Positions 40,812 to 40,999 of a DNA stretch of 40,999 nucleotides are shown here, piece after piece (the first letter of the stretch is position 1; each line of letters begins with the position of its first letter). A program made the position numbers and the translations under genes. The stretch lies in IMG/VR virus record IMGVR_UViG_3300031578_000136, one strand, 5' to 3'. The DNA comes from a virus. The notes beneath the pieces are model-generated. The model was not told the DNA's origin. It was given only the letters and a program-made list of their open reading frames with translations, and searched no databases.

Positions 40812-40999
40812 TATAATCCCCTAGCCCATAAGCTATGAACCCAACAATAATTTAAAGCAAAATCCTCCATTTTTTTAATACTCGCAAAAGTTTCCGGTCC
40901 CACTATACCGTCAACTAAAAGCCCTTTATTGGCTTGATATAAGCTAACCTCACTTGTAAGTGCTGCATCAAATACATTACTGTCAGATAATCTAAAACA
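40811..40999 (-). CDS. C-terminal part of the junction-spanning GH-A-like / PG-binding lysin (the same gene as 1..1108)
   Basis: The frame continues from position 1 through the repeat and ends ...ETFASIKKMEDFALNYCWVHSLWARGL. Stop TAA at 40813-40811 overlaps the next ATG (TAATG). 40873-40999 duplicates 1-127. Confidence 0.6.
   Translation of the reverse strand, partial: CFRLSDSNVFDAALTSEVSLYQANKGLLVDGIVGPETFASIKKMEDFALNYCWVHSLWARGL
40873..40999. repeat. Terminal direct repeat, copy 2 (identical to 1-127)
   Basis: Direct comparison of the two ends. Confidence 0.95.

Larger units (their letters stand above)
1..40872. mobile_element. Complete circular genome of a temperate tailed phage (podovirus-like virion module, no tape measure or tail tube recognised)
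   Basis: The identical 127-bp ends close the circle. The content is terminase, portal, capsid, fibre, lysis, integrase, a CI/Cro-like switch, replication/recombination and DNA-modification genes, with essentially no non-phage content. Confidence 0.85.

Noticed and set aside
1-40999. Alternative genetic code or stop-codon recoding, as in some gut phages.
   Set aside because: Standard-code translation gives uninterrupted ORFs up to 1144 aa with dense, overlapping gene packing on both arms. There are no fragmented late genes and no suppressor tRNA.
40873-40999. The terminal repeat as a genuine phage direct terminal repeat.
   Set aside because: It falls in the middle of a coding sequence, and its length equals a common assembler maximum k-mer. 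I interpret it as a circularisation overlap, although read-level data would be needed to be sure.

Overview
The window is one complete, circularly closed genome of a temperate tailed phage. Bases 1-127 are identical to 40873-40999, so the unique length is 40,872 bp. It is AT-rich with strong GGAGG-type ribosome-binding sites. Together with PG-binding lysins, YopX, a BhlA-like protein and a large serine recombinase, this suggests a low-GC Gram-positive host (inference).

Architecture:
(a) A long minus-strand late unit starts at two sigma-factor-like genes (21833->21171). It crosses about 1.2 kb of gene-poor control DNA and continues through candidate small terminase, large terminase, portal, scaffold, capsid, tail fibre and other tail proteins, and internal proteins (19194->1369). 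It then runs across the contig junction into a lysis cassette: a BhlA-like protein, a clan GH-A-like glycosidase with a PG-binding domain, a glucosaminidase and a holin (1362->1, then 40872->39905).
(b) A plus-strand anti-restriction/accessory operon spans 21914-25646 (RadC-like JAB, ArdC-like, DUF2958, small orphan ORFs, YopX).
(c) A minus-strand lysogeny module spans 27908->25686 (CI-like repressor, lipoprotein, large serine recombinase).
(d) A plus-strand early operon spans 28037-39843. It holds a Cro-like regulator, a Cas4-like exonuclease, RecT, SSB, a lambda-O-like initiator with in-gene iterons, three DNA-methyltransferase-like genes, a radical-SAM enzyme, a membrane-anchored 3D-domain protein and two PD-(D/E)XK-like nucleases.

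No rRNA, tRNA, CRISPR array, reverse transcriptase or transposase was recognised.

Most interesting observations:
- A two-piece sigma-like gene pair flanked by an exact 15-mer repeat, next to a structured GC island, at the head of the late unit.
- Two paralogous ~200-aa minimal C5-methyltransferase-like genes, plus an orphan radical-SAM gene, in a translationally coupled DNA-modification operon.
- A very AT-rich, terminator-bounded moron encoding a membrane-anchored trypsin-like protease inside the tail module.
- A two-lysin, two-holin-like lysis cassette that spans the circular junction.

All functional calls come from motif reading by eye. None has been checked against a database.
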